This document shows positions 26,630-28,097 of a stretch of 28,097 bases of DNA, one piece after another. Under the pieces are notes generated by a model. It saw only the letters and a list, made by a program, of their open reading frames with translations, did not search any database and was not told where the DNA came from. Position numbers and translations under genes: made by a program. This DNA is from Desulfobacterales bacterium (GTDB lineage Bacteria; Desulfobacterota; Desulfobacteria; Desulfobacterales; UBA5616): NCBI GenBank assembly GCA_046483495.1, contig JAWODC010000024.1:1-28097 (forward strand), given 5' to 3'. Within the stretch, counting starts at the first letter, position 1. Every line of letters starts with the position of its first letter.

Positions 26630-27970
26630 ATGTCGAAAACATCCGATTACAATACATGTTTACAAGCCATGTACGGCTTGCGGCGATTCGGCATAAAGCT
26701 GGGACTCGACACGATAGGCGGGATTTTAGCCGGGATTGGAGATCCGCATAAGCGATTGAATTGCATCCATGTTGCCGGAACCAATGGGAAAGGTTCCGTG
26801 GCTTCGGCGCTTTCCACCATTCTTTATTTTTCGGGGTACAAGGTCGGTCTTTATACCTCGCCGCATCTTGTTCGATTTAACGAGAGGATTTGCATCAATA
26901 ACCGGCCGATTTCAGACACGCGTGTGGTCGAATCGTATCTTGCGGTCCACAGATCTTGCCGGGGACTTCGCGAGCCGACTTTCTTCGAACTGGCAACAGC
27001 CATGGCGTTTTACGAATTCGGCATTCAGAACGTCGATTGGGCCGTTATCGAAACCGGCATGGGAGGGCGGCTCGATGCGACCAATATCGTAAAGCCCAAA
27101 CTCTCCGTAATTACGAATATCTCTCTCGAGCACCGGGAATATCTGGGAAATACGATTGCCGAAATCGCCGGCGAAAAAGGCGGTATTATCAAAACCGGAA
27201 CGCCTGCCGTAACGGCGGCAAAGCAAAAAACGGCCGTCCGTACCCTGGACGAAATCGCCGCCGCCAATAATGCACCCCTCTTTCGATTCGGCAGCGATTT
27301 TCGGGTTCGCCGAAACAGGGATAAAACCTTCAACTATTCCGGAATGGACACTGAATTACGGCATGTAAAAGCCGGGCTCGAGGGTGCGTACCAAACCGAG
27401 AACGCCGCCCTGACGATCGCGGCCTGTGAAATCGTGAATAAAACGAGCACGCAAATTCCCATCGAAGCCATCCGAAACGGACTTGAAAGAAACAAGTGGC
27501 CCGGACGGCTCGAGATCGTTTCATCCGATCCACCGGTGCTGCTGGACGGCGCCCATAATCTGCCGGCCGTCAGAAATCTTGCCCGGCATCTGAAAGAGAA
27601 TTTCGGTACCCGGTCCATTGCCCTGGTGTTGGGCATTCTTGACGACAAACCCTATGCGGCCATGATGAAGACGCTTCTTCCATTGTGCAGCAGCCTTGTT
27701 CTGACCCGTGCCGTTACAGACCGGGCGCTTTCTGTTGAAACGTTGTCGGCGGCGGCAAAACCCTATATTTCGAACGTAACGTTGATAGACAACGTAAGGA
27801 CCGCCGTCGAGTACGCGATAGAAAACGCTTCACCGGAAGCGATGATTTGCGTCGCGGGATCTTTGTACGTGGTTGGGGAAGCCAAGGAAGCACTGGAAAA
27901 GAGGGGAATACGCGCTTTTGATCTGGCTGATGATCCGAAGCCTTCGAAGCCCTTGACATTTGCGGCCTGA
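26630..27970 (+). CDS. folC: Bifunctional folylpolyglutamate synthase/dihydrofolate synthase
   Basis: IHVAGTNGKGS, YTSPHL..FNERI, TFFE, ETGMGGRLDATN, IAGEKGGIIK, WPGRLE, LDGAHN, GSLYVVGE. Confidence 0.97.
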   Translation: MSKTSDYNTCLQAMYGLRRFGIKLGLDTIGGILAGIGDPHKRLNCIHVAGTNGKGSVASALSTILYFSGYKVGLYTSPHLVRFNERICINNRPISDTRVVESYLAVHRSCRGLREPTFFELATAMAFYEFGIQNVDWAVIETGMGGRLDATNIVKPKLSVITNISLEHREYLGNTIAEIAGEKGGIIKTGTPAVTAAKQKTAVRTLDEIAAANNAPLFRFGSDFRVRRNRDKTFNYSGMDTELRHVKAGLEGAYQTENAALTIAACEIVNKTSTQIPIEAIRNGLERNKWPGRLEIVSSDPPVLLDGAHNLPAVRNLARHLKENFGTRSIALVLGILDDKPYAAMMKTLLPLCSSLVLTRAVTDRALSVETLSAAAKPYISNVTLIDNVRTAVEYAIENASPEAMICVAGSLYVVGEAKEALEKRGIRAFDLADDPKPSKPLTFAA

Positions 27971-27990
27971 TCCACTAATAATCTTCACGT

Positions 27991-28066
27991 GCGCCCGTAG
28001 CCCAGGGGATAGGGCGTCAGCCTCCGGAGCTGAAGATCGCAGGTTCGAATCCTGCCGGGCGTACCA
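27991..28066 (+). tRNA. tRNA-Arg (anticodon CCG), CCA encoded
   Basis: Cloverleaf: acceptor GCGCCCG/CGGGCGT, D arm GCCC/GGGC, anticodon arm TCAGC-CTCCGGA-GCTGA, T arm GCAGG-TTCGAAT-CCTGC, ACCA end; 76 nt. Confidence 0.97.
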
Positions 28067-28097
28067 TTCTTAATCCTACCCGATGATCACCAGATAG

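Noticed and set aside
360..27975. Numerous 60-230 aa ORFs antisense to or overlapping the called genes (e.g. 10142-10831, 14805-15419, 15580-16233, 13886-14470)
   Set aside because: Shadow frames of well-supported genes, with no recognisable motifs.
27991..28097. tRNA-Arg as an island integration site
   Set aside because: Only 31 bp follow it in the window; no integrase or duplicated 3' end is visible.

Overview
Bacterial chromosomal segment, most likely from a sulfate-reducing Desulfobacterota (Desulfobacterales-like). The taxon is inferred from gene order and from the Desulfovibrio-type adenylate kinase LID motif. The left ~7.4 kb is accessory. It holds an IS481-type transposase remnant abutting a truncated sulfotransferase, an ExeA/GspA-type ATPase-TM-OmpA gene, a four-gene minor type IV pilin cluster (FimT-, PilV-, PilW- and an enlarged PilX-like protein), and a sensor-less HisKA_3 kinase plus NarL-type regulator behind a sigma54-like promoter. 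The rest is core housekeeping. On the minus strand: rho-rpmE-prfA-prmC and rpsB-tsf-pyrH-frr-uppS-cdsA-dxr-rseP-purL-purQ. On the plus strand: a tRNA nucleotidyltransferase/HD gene, adk, rpsU, folC and tRNA-Arg(CCG). The most striking signal is non-coding: a family of ~140-bp palindromic elements with TIR GTGTCCATCCAGAAAT and TA-like flanks. Their stems co-vary while the internal-loop motifs are conserved and ERIC-like. There are 4 clear and 3-4 degenerate copies, nearly all in leaders of highly expressed genes (rpsB, tsf, rho, adk, rpsU). All calls come from reading the sequence by eye; no searches were run.
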